A stretch of 64,000 bases of DNA from Clostridia bacterium (GTDB lineage Bacteria > Bacillota > Clostridia > Oscillospirales > UBA644): positions 64,117 to 128,116 of the forward strand of contig JAFRTE010000031.1 of NCBI GenBank assembly GCA_017427285.1, given 5' to 3'. Positions 24,661 through 35,041 of this stretch are shown in pieces (position 1 is the stretch's first letter; the number at the start of each line of letters is the position of its first letter). The notes beneath the pieces were generated by a model that ran no database searches, had not been told where the DNA came from, and was given only the letters and a program-made list of their open reading frames with translations. The position numbers and the translations under genes are program-made.

Positions 24661-27600
24661 GCGTACACCCCTCTCTTTGCGTCAATGCCGGCTTCTTCCA
24701 GAGCATCGAAGATCTCATCTTTCAGTTCGTCGCTGAAAGCGTGCAGCGTGTCTTCCATATCCGCGCCACCCTGTACCGAGAACGTTGGCGAGATGGTAAT
24801 GACAATGTGCTGTCCGTTTCCTGCGGATATGGCGTCGATCCGCGGGAACGCTTCGAGCATCCGCGCAAGCGTGGGAAGGATCATGATGAGTTCCGTGTAT
24901 TCTCCCGCACCTTCCGCATATGCGTTGATCGCGTTCCGACTGTCGTTCAGCTGACGCATATACGCCCGTGTTTCGTCAGCGGTCAAGACCTGCTCGCCAC
25001 CTTTGAACATCACAAGCTCCGGTCCTCTTTCCCCGACGAGAGCAAGCCCGGATTTTGCGTTGTCCGTTCCGTTGGCGTAGAGCTCCATCAATTGCGGTCC
25101 GCCTCTCCCGGAATTCGGTACGCGGCTTCTGGATTGTGTTCCGCTTGTCGTGACAGAAATCTCCGGCATATCTTTCAGCGCTGCGGCAACCTGCGAACGT
25201 AAAGCCTCAGCAGCTTTCACGGCATCGTCTGTTCCGTCGCGGATCGCCTGTACATACGCGTCAACTGTTTCCTTCGCGGCTTCTGCCGCTTCGTCATCGA
25301 GGTTAAGCGCATCGACAGCGTCTTCAAGATCGCTCTTCATATTGTCGAGTTCGTCCGAGAATCCAGTGGCGAGCTCGGCAATCGACGTAGCGGCCTCTTC
25401 CTGCTGTTTTTGTACCTCCTGCCAGTTACCGACCATCTTCCGCAGATCTTCGTCGCTGGCGGCCGCCATGCCCGCGATAGCGTTCACGCTTTCGGCAGAG
25501 CCGTCCGCAAAGGACGCGATGACATCGGAAAGACCGTCGATGTCTTCGGTACGAGCGAGCAAGTTTGCAAGATCGGTGTTGTAGTCAGACCAGTAAGACA
25601 ACTGCGTTTCAAGCGCCGTGTTGATCTTGTCAATATCGGTCGCAATGACAACCGCTGCGGTGTCCCAAAGATCGTACTGTCCTTGAATGCTCTTTTCAGC
25701 TTCGTCTTTGATTTCGTGGTATTTTTCGCCAAGATCTTCGAGCTTTTCGATCGTTTCTTGAATTTTCTCGGCAACTTTAATGTCATTTACCGTTACGCCA
25801 TAAATCTCTGCGGCTTCCTTGGCGGAATAATAGCCCTCTTTTACCAAGTCGACCGCTGCGAATAGATTCTCAGCATAGCTTTGTTCTTCGTCAAGTGCAG
25901 ACTGCAAAGCCTCCGATGAAACACCATAATAGCGAGCCGCATCCGCAACTTCAAGATACCCTTTGCGAACCGCGTCAAGCGCTTCGCGGTATTCCTGGGT
26001 ACTTTCGATTGCTTCCTTTGCATCCTTCTCGCTTTGTTGTGCCGCCTCCGAATACAGGCCCATCGCTTCAAGGAGTTCGTTTTCGGTTTTTATGCTATCG
26101 TCGTACTCTTTTTGAAGCTTTTCTTGCTCTTTTTTCAGTTTGTTTGTTTCTTCGGAGGCCTTGTTCAGTTGATCGCAGAAGGATTTGTATCTTGAAGCAA
26201 ATGCCCTGCCTGATGCCTCACCGGCGACATTTTGGATGTCTTTCTGATAGTTTTTGTATGTGTCACTTGCATACAGTGCATCAAGTTTTGCTTGTGCAGC
26301 AGCTGTATTCTCTTTAGCAGTTGTGAGCTTGTTTTCAAGGTCAAGTTCTCGTTCAACAGCCGCATAATAGTCTTGGTAATTCTGCTCGTATTTTTTCCGC
26401 ATTATCTCCGCTTCTACAACGGAGCGAATTGCTTCGGAAGTGGAATTTAGAGAATCAGCAACCCTATCATAAGATAGTCCAAGTGTAGGCAGTTTCTCGT
26501 TCAACTGATCGACCAGAGCGATCATTTGCTCTTTTTCTGCCTCAGTTTTGTTCGTCTGCGATTCGAGCTTCTCAAGCCTGGCTACCAGAGCAAGAACAAC
26601 ATCTTCCTCGCGGTTGATGGCGCTCATGCTCTCCTTGTGCTGAGCGACAAACTCTTCATAAGACGCAATCGAATCCTCAACCTGCTGATTGAATTCTTCC
26701 ATAGTCATCTTGGAAGATTCAAAGTCTTCTTCTAACAGGATCAATTCGCCGTGCAAGGCACGTGCCTCATCTGACGTCTCTCCGTAAACCCTGCATGCTT
26801 CTTCGTATTCGTTATTCAGAGCCTGGAGCTGATCGTACTGTTCTTGAGATGCAGCAGTGAGTTTTTTGGTCTCGTCTGTTTCGGCTTTTATGAGTTCTAC
26901 GATTGCTATAGTAGCGACTGTCAATGCGGCAACACCTGCAGCAATCCATCCTATCGGACTAGCCATCATAGCCGTATTAAGAGCTGTCTGAGCAACAGCA
27001 GCTCCGGTTGTGGCGGCGGCTTCTGCTGTCTTGGCGGCAGTGTCCGCTGCGGTGGCTACCGCTTCTTTTGCCTCGAGCACCGTACTCAACGCGCGGACGG
27101 TGTTCATGATCTTCTTCGCAGCGATATAGCCGTAATACGCCGCAACGATCAGACCGATCTCGGCAGTGATTGCAATCAGCGCTTTAAGAAGGACGGGATG
27201 CTTTGACAGGAAGTCGTTGATCCCAGACAGAATGTCCGTCGCCACTTTTGCGAGCGCCCGCAGTTCTTCGTTGTACGCCTCTCCGATCGTCGTCTTCAAA
27301 GCGTCCGCGGCAGAATTCATAAGCGTGAGCTGACCGTTCAGATTGTCCATCTTTATGTCAGCCATCTTCTGCGCGGCGCCGGAGCAGTTTTCGATGTTGT
27401 TTGTCAACTTCTGAAAATCCGCGTCGGTACTGTTCATGATCGACACAAAGCCGGCCATAGCACGCTGTCCGGCGAGCGCTTCCGCGTTCTGCATCTTCTC
27501 GGCACCGGTCATCTGCTCGAAGTACCCGCGGAGTTCCTGCATCGTTTCTCCGAAGGACTTCATCGTACCGTCCGCGTTGATCGCAGAATATTCCACTTCT

Positions 27601-28733
27601 CCGAACGCCTCAGCTGTCAGCGTGACACCGCCCAGAAGCCCGTTAAATACGTTTTTGAGCGCGGTGCCTGCGTTACTACCCTTGATACCTGCATTCGCCA
27701 TAAGACCGATTGCAACGGCCACATCTTCCACGCTGTAGCCCAGCGCACCGGCAAGCGCCGCAGAGTTCTTGAACGTTTCGCCCATGATTGCCACAGACGT
27801 ATTCGAGTTCGTAGCCGCAGCTGCGAGTACATCAGAAAAATGCGCTGTGTCGGACGCTTTCATTCCGAATGCGGTCAAGTTATCGGTGACGATATCGGAA
27901 GTTACCGCAAGATCCTCTCCGGCCGCGGCGGCGAGATTGAGAACGCCGCTCATGCCTTCGATCATCTGCTGTGCGTCCCAGCCTGCCATTCCCATATAGG
28001 TCATGGCTTCCGCAGATTCTTTGGCGGTGAATTTCGTCGTGGCGCCGAGTTGCTTTGCGTATGATGACAGGCTCTGCATCTCTTCAGCGGTAGCTCCTGA
28101 AAGCGCCTCAACAGTCGACATCGTTTCCTCGAAATCGGCGGCGATGGAAATGCACTCTTTATATTCGTCATAGATGGCTTTCAGCCCCGCGGCGATACCG
28201 GCAGCGACAAGCGCACTCCCGACCGCCTCAAAAGAACTGACACCCTCCACGCCGAAGTTCTGCGCTTCCTTCGCGGCTTCGGCTTGCTTCTTCGCAAGAT
28301 CATCCATCTGCTGTGTGAGCTTTTTGCTTTCGTCAGCAAGATGGTCGGTGTCGATCCCTGCGTCCTGCATGGCAGATTCCATCTGATGCAGTTTGTCTGT
28401 CTGATTTTTCAGGGATTCGCTTGTTTTATCAATAGCCCTCTGCTTTTCAATCAGTTTGTTTTCAAGCGATGAGGAAAAGCCCTCAGTCTCTTGAATCTCA
28501 CGCTGAATGTTGTCGTATTCCTTTTGCAGATCAGAGAGCTTCCGAGATGTCGATTCGACTGCCTGTTGCTGCTTCTGGTATGCGGAGATGTCTGCCTGTG
28601 TCTGATTGAGGGCGTTTATTTCTCTTTGAGTATCGTTCAGCGTGCGCTTTGCCGATGAAAAGGTGGTCCCGAATTCACGGCCGAGCTGTGCGCTCAACTT
28701 AAAGAGCATACTATACTCTGATGCTTTTGCCAT
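24657..28733 (-). CDS. tail tape measure protein
   Basis: 1358 aa. It has long coiled coils, a central hydrophobic segment and a Gly/Ala-rich TMP core, and sits after the chaperone genes. Confidence 0.9.
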   Translation of the reverse strand: MAKASEYSMLFKLSAQLGREFGTTFSSAKRTLNDTQREINALNQTQADISAYQKQQQAVESTSRKLSDLQKEYDNIQREIQETEGFSSSLENKLIEKQRAIDKTSESLKNQTDKLHQMESAMQDAGIDTDHLADESKKLTQQMDDLAKKQAEAAKEAQNFGVEGVSSFEAVGSALVAAGIAAGLKAIYDEYKECISIAADFEETMSTVEALSGATAEEMQSLSSYAKQLGATTKFTAKESAEAMTYMGMAGWDAQQMIEGMSGVLNLAAAAGEDLAVTSDIVTDNLTAFGMKASDTAHFSDVLAAAATNSNTSVAIMGETFKNSAALAGALGYSVEDVAVAIGLMANAGIKGSNAGTALKNVFNGLLGGVTLTAEAFGEVEYSAINADGTMKSFGETMQELRGYFEQMTGAEKMQNAEALAGQRAMAGFVSIMNSTDADFQKLTNNIENCSGAAQKMADIKMDNLNGQLTLMNSAADALKTTIGEAYNEELRALAKVATDILSGINDFLSKHPVLLKALIAITAEIGLIVAAYYGYIAAKKIMNTVRALSTVLEAKEAVATAADTAAKTAEAAATTGAAVAQTALNTAMMASPIGWIAAGVAALTVATIAIVELIKAETDETKKLTAASQEQYDQLQALNNEYEEACRVYGETSDEARALHGELILLEEDFESSKMTMEEFNQQVEDSIASYEEFVAQHKESMSAINREEDVVLALVARLEKLESQTNKTEAEKEQMIALVDQLNEKLPTLGLSYDRVADSLNSTSEAIRSVVEAEIMRKKYEQNYQDYYAAVERELDLENKLTTAKENTAAAQAKLDALYASDTYKNYQKDIQNVAGEASGRAFASRYKSFCDQLNKASEETNKLKKEQEKLQKEYDDSIKTENELLEAMGLYSEAAQQSEKDAKEAIESTQEYREALDAVRKGYLEVADAARYYGVSSEALQSALDEEQSYAENLFAAVDLVKEGYYSAKEAAEIYGVTVNDIKVAEKIQETIEKLEDLGEKYHEIKDEAEKSIQGQYDLWDTAAVVIATDIDKINTALETQLSYWSDYNTDLANLLARTEDIDGLSDVIASFADGSAESVNAIAGMAAASDEDLRKMVGNWQEVQKQQEEAATSIAELATGFSDELDNMKSDLEDAVDALNLDDEAAEAAKETVDAYVQAIRDGTDDAVKAAEALRSQVAAALKDMPEISVTTSGTQSRSRVPNSGRGGPQLMELYANGTDNAKSGLALVGERGPELVMFKGGEQVLTADETRAYMRQLNDSRNAINAYAEGAGEYTELIMILPTLARMLEAFPRIDAISAGNGQHIVITISPTFSVQGGADMEDTLHAFSDELKDEIFDALEEAGIDAKRGVYA

Positions 28734-28742
28734 ATGCCCTCC

Positions 28743-28922
28743 TTACTTCTGATCCATCCGTTTCCGGATATCGTTATTCGTTTCGATCCACGCATGCAGC
28801 ATCCGCAAGGGGATCGATAGCCAGTATGTAACGGGGGTGTGAGTGTTCTGAGAGAGAATATAGCAAGTCTCTCTCAGCCACTTACCACCATCGCCGCCCG
28901 TTACTCCGATCTGAGTAAAAAA
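28743..28922 (-). CDS. -1 frameshift extension of the tail assembly chaperone (G/GT or E/E'-type)
   Basis: Slippery T_TTT_TTA at 28922-28916 (sense), 5 codons before the 0-frame stop. The -1 frame stays open for 57 codons and ends 11 nt before the tape-measure ATG. Confidence 0.75.
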   Translation of the reverse strand, partial: FFTQIGVTGGDGGKWLRETCYILSQNTHTPVTYWLSIPLRMLHAWIETNNDIRKRMDQK

Positions 28923-29269
28923 CTTCTCGCCGCGCTCCTGATCTTGTTGAAGTCACGAAGGGAGATGATATCAAAGAAATCATATCCGATCGGCGCGGAG
29001 CAGGCTTTTGCCGCCATGCGCACAAGGTATTCGCCTGAGAACGCAGGGATAACCAGCGGCTTGCCCTGCGCCGCGAGTTCGTTTTCGATTTCGAGCCCAT
29101 CCTTGCCGGTCAGCGACTCAAAATCAAAGGTCAGTTCGGTGTATTTTTCGCCGTTGTATTCGACGGGCTTTTTGAAGCCGATCGTCAGAGCGTCCTCGGA
29201 CGCCTGCGCGGCTTCGGTAGCCTTTTCAACAGCTTCCTCATGAGTGAGTTCGTCTTTAACGATTGCCAT
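28901..29269 (-). CDS. tail assembly chaperone
   Basis: 122 aa, acidic, located between the tube and tape measure genes. Confidence 0.75.
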   Translation of the reverse strand: MAIVKDELTHEEAVEKATEAAQASEDALTIGFKKPVEYNGEKYTELTFDFESLTGKDGLEIENELAAQGKPLVIPAFSGEYLVRMAAKACSAPIGYDFFDIISLRDFNKIRSAARSFLLRSE

Positions 29270-29337
29270 ATCGTTTCGCTCCTTTCAAAATAGCAGGACG
29301 CCCGGGGATTGCTCCCCGGACGCCCTATCGGTTGAGA

Positions 29338-29850
29338 TTACTTGCCAAGGGCAGATCTGACAGCGGCAAGGTTATCCGTGCCGGAATTGTCAATGTCCTT
29401 GAAGTGAACGGGATCATAATCGCCGACGAGTTTGCCGTCGATGTAATCCTTCTGCGAAAGCACCGTGTACTCACCAGACGCGGCCTGAGCCGCGGACGGG
29501 GCAACGGTGCCGCCATTTTTTGTGACGGGGATGATTTCGAGAACGTGCTTATAAGCACGTACCACGATCTTGCCGGCAGTTGCGTCGTACTCTTCGTGCG
29601 CCGCACGGATGTCGATGACGTGTCTGCGCATTTCGGCGAGCTTATACGCTGCCGGAGGCGCATCCGTGAAGTTGAATGTCGCCCTCATCGCATCCTTGTG
29701 ACCGAGAACGGGAAGATCAATGTCTCCGGGAATACCGGCACCGTTTACGGTCAGAATTTTGTGGCTCTGATTCGGCAAGGTGACATTCGCCATGCCGAGA
29801 TATTCGCTGCCATTTTCATACACAGCGTAATTGATGATTCCAGCATCCAT
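29338..29850 (-). CDS. tail tube protein
   Basis: 170 aa, directly downstream of the sheath gene. Confidence 0.75.
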   Translation of the reverse strand: MDAGIINYAVYENGSEYLGMANVTLPNQSHKILTVNGAGIPGDIDLPVLGHKDAMRATFNFTDAPPAAYKLAEMRRHVIDIRAAHEEYDATAGKIVVRAYKHVLEIIPVTKNGGTVAPSAAQAASGEYTVLSQKDYIDGKLVGDYDPVHFKDIDNSGTDNLAAVRSALGK

Positions 29851-29864
29851 CTGTTCTTACCTCC

Positions 29865-31304
29865 TTATGCGCTCAGCGCGGATGTCAGCATATCGACATC
29901 GTACTCAACGTACATATCGATTTCCTGTGCAGGAACAGGCGATGCTTCCTTGGTGTCAAGCCTGAACTTGCCCGCGATGAGGTTGACTGTGGGATTGTTC
30001 TCTGCGACGAACTGGATCTCGCCGCCGTAGAGTTTGTTTTCGTGCGTGAGCCCGGACAGCCAGGAATTGAAGCTGTTCACGATCGCATCGATCATCACTC
30101 TGGTAAGTGGTCTGTCGATGTAGCTCCAGAATGTGTTGACGAACGTGTTGCAGATCCAGTCCATCATGCGGCTCGTGCAGATGAAATACTTGGCGACGTC
30201 GGTGTTCGACGGCCAGCATCCGGTGTAGTTGCCCCAGAGCACCCACCCGCCGTTGTTGATAACGGTCACAACACCGTCGCTGTAGCTGATGGCGTCAGCC
30301 TGCGGAAGGGTAAGAGCCACTTCCGTGCCGGCTTTCACACACGCGCCTGTGATCGGGACGGTCTTGTTCGAGGGGGATTCATACGGGCAGTCAGCGTTTT
30401 CGCTGTCTACGCGGGACATAGTGCCGCACGCGATGACCGACAGATCGAAAACGTCTTCGCCGACGACCGCGAGAGGCCAGCAGACGATCATGTTCTCGTC
30501 GGTGTAGCCGTTCGCGTTCTTGTAGGTCAGGACCTCCGAGTAATCATCGGCGCCGCTTGTGGATGTGTCGATGTCGACAACCGCCTTCGCGCGGTAAATG
30601 CCGTTGATGCTCGCAGCCTTCGCAGCCATAACGACCGCAACGGAAGGAGTGGAGCTCCAACCGGGAGCGCAGATCAGATCGGGAACGATGTTGAAGAGGC
30701 TCTTGCACTCTTCGATCTTCTCAACAGCCGCGGCAACGTCGGACGATGTGATCGCGCCGGGGTTTGCCTCGTTATACGCCACAGAGAGAGACGTCTTGGC
30801 GTAATGAGTCGATGTGGAAATCAGTTCGATGTAGCACGCGTCATTACCATAGATGACATCGTAGTCGGTGCCCTTTACGAGCGTTGTGGGCGTCTGATCC
30901 GTTGTCTTAACGACAAGAGCAGAATCGTCGATGGCTTCGTACGGAAGCGTGACGACGTGATCCTTCACGGACATCGTCGCAGCGGCGACGGCGGTCTTGT
31001 GGGTTGCGGGATCGAACAGGTTCATGACGATCGCCGGACCGACGCCGAACAGCTTGAACTGACTGTAGATCGCCTGGCAGAGATTCCATTTCGGCGCTTT
31101 GTTCGCGTCGCGCCATGCTTTGCTGAAGCCGCCGAGGTCTTTCGCCTCGCTGAAGCTTGTGACGAGCTGCGGCTTGCCGGTATAGCCCTTGCCGGCGTGA
31201 CAAGGCCATGCACCGATAAAGAACGGAATACCTACGGCTGCTTCGATCACCGCAGAGAATTCCGTGTCACTCTTGTAGGTGTTGATACCATGATTCAGGG
31301 ACAT
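29865..31304 (-). CDS. contractile tail sheath protein
   Basis: 479 aa. Assigned by its N-terminal HGINTY...GIPFFIG pattern and position. Confidence 0.8.
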   Translation of the reverse strand: MSLNHGINTYKSDTEFSAVIEAAVGIPFFIGAWPCHAGKGYTGKPQLVTSFSEAKDLGGFSKAWRDANKAPKWNLCQAIYSQFKLFGVGPAIVMNLFDPATHKTAVAAATMSVKDHVVTLPYEAIDDSALVVKTTDQTPTTLVKGTDYDVIYGNDACYIELISTSTHYAKTSLSVAYNEANPGAITSSDVAAAVEKIEECKSLFNIVPDLICAPGWSSTPSVAVVMAAKAASINGIYRAKAVVDIDTSTSGADDYSEVLTYKNANGYTDENMIVCWPLAVVGEDVFDLSVIACGTMSRVDSENADCPYESPSNKTVPITGACVKAGTEVALTLPQADAISYSDGVVTVINNGGWVLWGNYTGCWPSNTDVAKYFICTSRMMDWICNTFVNTFWSYIDRPLTRVMIDAIVNSFNSWLSGLTHENKLYGGEIQFVAENNPTVNLIAGKFRLDTKEASPVPAQEIDMYVEYDVDMLTSALSA

Positions 31305-31317
31305 AGATTATTCCTCC

Positions 31318-31590
31318 TTATTTGGCAGACAGCAAGGCATGATATGCCACGCTCAGGCTGTTCCCGCCTTTTTTCAGTTTTGCTTTGGCAGCCGCAAGAT
31401 CGACGTCGCGGATGATCAGCCTCTTGACGTGTTCCTTGTCCTCGACCTTAGCGGCGATTTTGTCCTTGATCTCGTCCTCGGCGCCTCTGAAAATGCTTCC
31501 ATTCTGCACGACGCCGCGGATGGACGGACCGATATAGACAAAGATGCCGCTTTCGCCAGCGGTATCTTTGCTCTGCTTTTTGTTAATCAT
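31318..31590 (-). CDS. hypothetical structural protein
   Basis: 90-aa ORF in the head-tail joining block. Confidence 0.5.
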   Translation of the reverse strand: MINKKQSKDTAGESGIFVYIGPSIRGVVQNGSIFRGAEDEIKDKIAAKVEDKEHVKRLIIRDVDLAAAKAKLKKGGNSLSVAYHALLSAK

Positions 31591-32074
31591 GTAGTGATAC
31601 CTCTCTTTCGATTGGCGGCATTTTGAATGTAGCTGTGATTACACCGCCGTAATAGGGGGCTGTGTCTTCCCGGAAAATGAGGAATTCGAGCCCGGTGTCT
31701 GTGTCGAGCTCGAATTGCTCTCCGATAACGACCTGGCGAAGAAGTCTGATCCGCACGGCATCCATCACGTTCAGGAGCATCATTGCTCCTTCCTGCTCGT
31801 CGTTGTTATATACGCAGAACGTGAAGAACACCGTCGCCGAGGCGTCGGCCTGCTTCCCGTGATCCTGCTTGTATATGCCGTTCTCCGCTTGGATGAGGAT
31901 ATACGGAGCGACTTTCTTTGCTTCTTTGCTGTTCGGCAGACGCTGCTTGAATACCTCCGGCGCTCGCACGATGATTTCCGTATCGCCCTTCTGGAGCGCA
32001 GTCGGAAGCTTGAAGTGCTTTGTCGCGTCAACGCAAAAGTCTTTCAGATCTTCCATGAGTTTGCTTAATGTCAT
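31583..32074 (-). CDS. hypothetical head-tail joining/tail completion protein
   Basis: Start at the ATG at 32074 (ATGA overlap with the upstream stop). Confidence 0.5.
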   Translation of the reverse strand: MTLSKLMEDLKDFCVDATKHFKLPTALQKGDTEIIVRAPEVFKQRLPNSKEAKKVAPYILIQAENGIYKQDHGKQADASATVFFTFCVYNNDEQEGAMMLLNVMDAVRIRLLRQVVIGEQFELDTDTGLEFLIFREDTAPYYGGVITATFKMPPIEREVSLHD

Positions 32075-32697
32075 CTCTGCCTCCATCCGTTCATGACGGC
32101 AAGAATCTCATGCTCAAGGCGCTGGTCGAAGGTTTCTCTGACCTTATCGCCGATTTCCTGAGATATGTCGTCGTTGTAGTCCATCATCTGCGGCGTGGAC
32201 GGACCGAGTTTTTCTTCAATCGGAAGTCTCTTGTCCGTGACGCGCTCGAATAAGCCGGTGTGTCCGTGCGTGCCGACCGACTGCGCAAATACGTGATCGA
32301 GCACCGCCCCGGAAGACGATCTCTTCACGCGGGCTGTCACTCTGCCGTCGCTGCCGATCCGCGTACTGAACTTCATAAGCGGGATGTGATATCCCTTGAA
32401 TTCGATGTCAACGGTAGTTTCTCCATTGTGCGAGAGGATCTTCCGCTTTGACTTGGTGTACGCTTTGAAATCCCCGGCGCTGATATAGTATTCTTCTCGG
32501 ATCACTCTCGCGGCATAAGCCTCACCGCTCGTCGCCGCTCTCTTGATTGCCGATCCAATTGCCTTGTCTGCGCCGTGCGGGATTCCAGCAAGCAGTTTCA
32601 TCGCCCGGTCAATGCTTCCGTCGCCCACGTCGTCAACGAGATACACGCCGATTCCGCTTTTGATATCCTTGCGGCTCATGCTGTATATGTCGCTCAT
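32071..32697 (-). CDS. hypothetical virion morphogenesis protein
   Basis: 208 aa, assigned by position. Confidence 0.5.
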   Translation of the reverse strand: MSDIYSMSRKDIKSGIGVYLVDDVGDGSIDRAMKLLAGIPHGADKAIGSAIKRAATSGEAYAARVIREEYYISAGDFKAYTKSKRKILSHNGETTVDIEFKGYHIPLMKFSTRIGSDGRVTARVKRSSSGAVLDHVFAQSVGTHGHTGLFERVTDKRLPIEEKLGPSTPQMMDYNDDISQEIGDKVRETFDQRLEHEILAVMNGWRQR

Positions 32698-33077
32698 TCG
32701 TCAAACGCCTCCAGTTCAAGGCAAATCATGCCCATTTCGACGTCAGACGTCACGATGCGGTATTTTTGGAAAAACGGATGCCCGGCCGCTTCGCCGTCGT
32801 CAATGCTGATCATCTGCTTCTGTTCGGGGACTTTTCCGTTCATGTCGTTCAGGGAAATGTGGACGACGGCAGACACCTTATGAATTCCCTCTACGCCCTC
32901 AGCCTGTATGACGGTGTGCTTTGTCTCTTTGACTTTGGTGAGCACGATGGGAATGCCCTCGTGGTTCTCGCCGTCATAGAGTTCGTCGTCATATATGACT
33001 TTGTGCTTTTCGGCGAATTCATCAGCGTTGAGGAATACGCCCTTGATGTCTGCCTCGACCATACCTTTGAAGTTCAT
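32694..33077 (-). CDS. hypothetical head-tail connector protein
   Basis: 127 aa, assigned by position. Confidence 0.5.
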   Translation of the reverse strand: MNFKGMVEADIKGVFLNADEFAEKHKVIYDDELYDGENHEGIPIVLTKVKETKHTVIQAEGVEGIHKVSAVVHISLNDMNGKVPEQKQMISIDDGEAAGHPFFQKYRIVTSDVEMGMICLELEAFDE

Positions 33078-33523
33078 GCGAGCGGCTCCGCCGCGGCGAG
33101 ATCAACCTCGGAAAAATAGTCGTCGAAAAATTCGTCAAGCTGTGCGATCATATCCTCTTTCTTCATTCCGACAGAGAATTTGATGCCGACGTTTTTGGCG
33201 ATCTCTCTCAGATCGTTGACTTTGGTGCTCTCGTCGTAATCGGGGCGCTCTGTATATGGGATTTCGCCTTCGCCTTTCTGCGCGATTTCCGCGTCCTCTG
33301 CGCGGTCTTCTGCTTCGGGCGTGTTCTCGCTTGCGTCGACCTGCTTCTCGTCGTTTACGGGCATTGCAACGCCCTTTCCGACGATTTCGGCGACACCAAG
33401 CTTGACAAGGCGCTCCGCCTCGGCGTCATCGAGCATGAAGGGCGGGCTTTTCCGGTCCTTCGGCTCGATTCTTCCGTTATTGTGGTACCCATACGTGGTG
33501 CCGGTGATTTTTACCTTCTTCAT
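33074..33523 (-). CDS. hypothetical protein with Rho-N/SAP-like C-terminal motif
   Basis: 149 aa. DLREIAKNVGIKFSVGMKKEDMIAQLDEF. Confidence 0.5.
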   Translation of the reverse strand: MKKVKITGTTYGYHNNGRIEPKDRKSPPFMLDDAEAERLVKLGVAEIVGKGVAMPVNDEKQVDASENTPEAEDRAEDAEIAQKGEGEIPYTERPDYDESTKVNDLREIAKNVGIKFSVGMKKEDMIAQLDEFFDDYFSEVDLAAAEPLA

Positions 33524-33550
33524 GCCTTTGCTCCTTTCGATTGCCTGTTA

Positions 33551-34621
33551 TCAGTTGACGGCGTTTGCCGCGTAGATGTACGGGCAGTAGTTCTTCGGAG
33601 CGGCAAGAGGTCTGGCGCCGAGACGGATCTTGCGGATGTCTCTGTCCTGATCCACGACGAATTTCGGAACGCGCTTTGCGGCAACGGTCGATAATTCGGT
33701 GGAGCCGAAGTTCATCTGCGTGATCTGACCGTACATCATATGACCGCAGCCGGGGGCTGTGACCATGGCGCTCTTCGCCGGGAAGTACGGTGTGTCGGTT
33801 CCGTCGTCTGCCTCGTAGCTCTCGGAAACAGACCAAAGCGTGAGCTGGAAACCGCCGAAGTTCAGGACGCCCATACGGACAACGCCGGGATAAGCGATGC
33901 TCTGATTGATCTCTCCGGTAATAATGCCGGAGTTCTTATCGAGCAGATCACGGACCTTCTGAATGTCGAGGATAGCGTCAGCAGCAGCGATGCCGAGAAC
34001 GAGATCCGCAGCGGGGAGTCCGCGTCTCGCAAGCATGTTGCACATTGCTCTGACGTCGCCGAAGAAATCACCGCCTGCCGCATCCCACTTCGTGCCCACC
34101 GTATAGGTGTGATCAGATGTGGTATCGTAGAACAGAACGACGTTCTGCTCGCCGGCTGTGTTGGCGTCAACATACTCCTGCATGGTGCAGCCGTTGTTGA
34201 TCATGGTCTGAACAGCCATCCATTCCTCACGGCGCTGGATTCTGCGGTCGAGGTCGGTCAGATCTCTCAGCTGCAGACGGGCAGCCCTCTCGGAAGGAGT
34301 GGAGCCGGGGTAGATCGCTTCACCGAATCCGCGCTTGCGAAGATCGTCGATCGTGAGAAGGCGGGACGGTGCGATGTAGGCAGGCTGATATTCGTGAATC
34401 GCGTAGCCTCTGCGCTCCACGGGAATATCACCGACGCGGGGAGCGACAAAGCAAGCCATCTTTCTGTCGCCCTTCTGGTACTCTGTGAGCACCTTATCAG
34501 CGGCGAAGATATCACCGTCGCCGGTCGGGAAATAGCGATCACGGAAGAACGTCGCCTGAGGAACGATCTCCTCTGTGATCGCCTGAAGGATATAGTTATC
34601 AAAGAAATTCAGTTCGGGCAT
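33551..34621 (-). CDS. major capsid protein (lambda gpE-like)
   Basis: 356 aa, following the decoration-protein gene. The N-terminal FDNYILQAITEEI...FFRDRYFP is typical of the capsid E family. Confidence 0.8.
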   Translation of the reverse strand: MPELNFFDNYILQAITEEIVPQATFFRDRYFPTGDGDIFAADKVLTEYQKGDRKMACFVAPRVGDIPVERRGYAIHEYQPAYIAPSRLLTIDDLRKRGFGEAIYPGSTPSERAARLQLRDLTDLDRRIQRREEWMAVQTMINNGCTMQEYVDANTAGEQNVVLFYDTTSDHTYTVGTKWDAAGGDFFGDVRAMCNMLARRGLPAADLVLGIAAADAILDIQKVRDLLDKNSGIITGEINQSIAYPGVVRMGVLNFGGFQLTLWSVSESYEADDGTDTPYFPAKSAMVTAPGCGHMMYGQITQMNFGSTELSTVAAKRVPKFVVDQDRDIRKIRLGARPLAAPKNYCPYIYAANAVN

Positions 34622-34636
34622 TGTAAGTACCTCCTT

Positions 34637-35038
34637 TTAGACTGCGGACGCAGCTTTGAAGACGATGCCGTACTTGCGGAGAGCATCGTAATCAGCAGCG
34701 GTCACGGTATATCCGCTCTTGACTGTGACTTTGCTCGGATCGAAACAGCCGGCAGTGTAAACCGCCGCGTTGACGTCTGCCGCAGTCCCGACGTCGATGT
34801 CATCACAGAGGATGCAGTCGGGAGTGAGGGTTTCGTTCGTTGCTGCTGTGTTGCCGAGAACGACGAGTTTGCCATCGCCTGCAGAGCCGGAGCTCATGGC
34901 GAGGATCGTGCCGCGCTTGAGAGTAGCGGCGGTGCCGAGTTTGCGGATCGTCTTGCCGCGCACTTCGGCCTTGGGTGTGAGATCGGAGAAAAGACCGTCA
35001 TAGTTCATTTCGCCGAGCTTCTGGGAAAGGTTTGCCAT
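34637..35038 (-). CDS. head decoration protein (lambda gpD-like)
   Basis: 133 aa, located between the protease and capsid genes. Confidence 0.65.
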   Translation of the reverse strand: MANLSQKLGEMNYDGLFSDLTPKAEVRGKTIRKLGTAATLKRGTILAMSSGSAGDGKLVVLGNTAATNETLTPDCILCDDIDVGTAADVNAAVYTAGCFDPSKVTVKSGYTVTAADYDALRKYGIVFKAASAV

Positions 35039-35041
35039 ATC

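Noticed and set aside
30042-31415. 457-aa plus-strand ORF.
   Set aside because: It is antisense to the tail sheath gene, with Arg/Asp/Val-rich shadow-frame composition and no independent signals.
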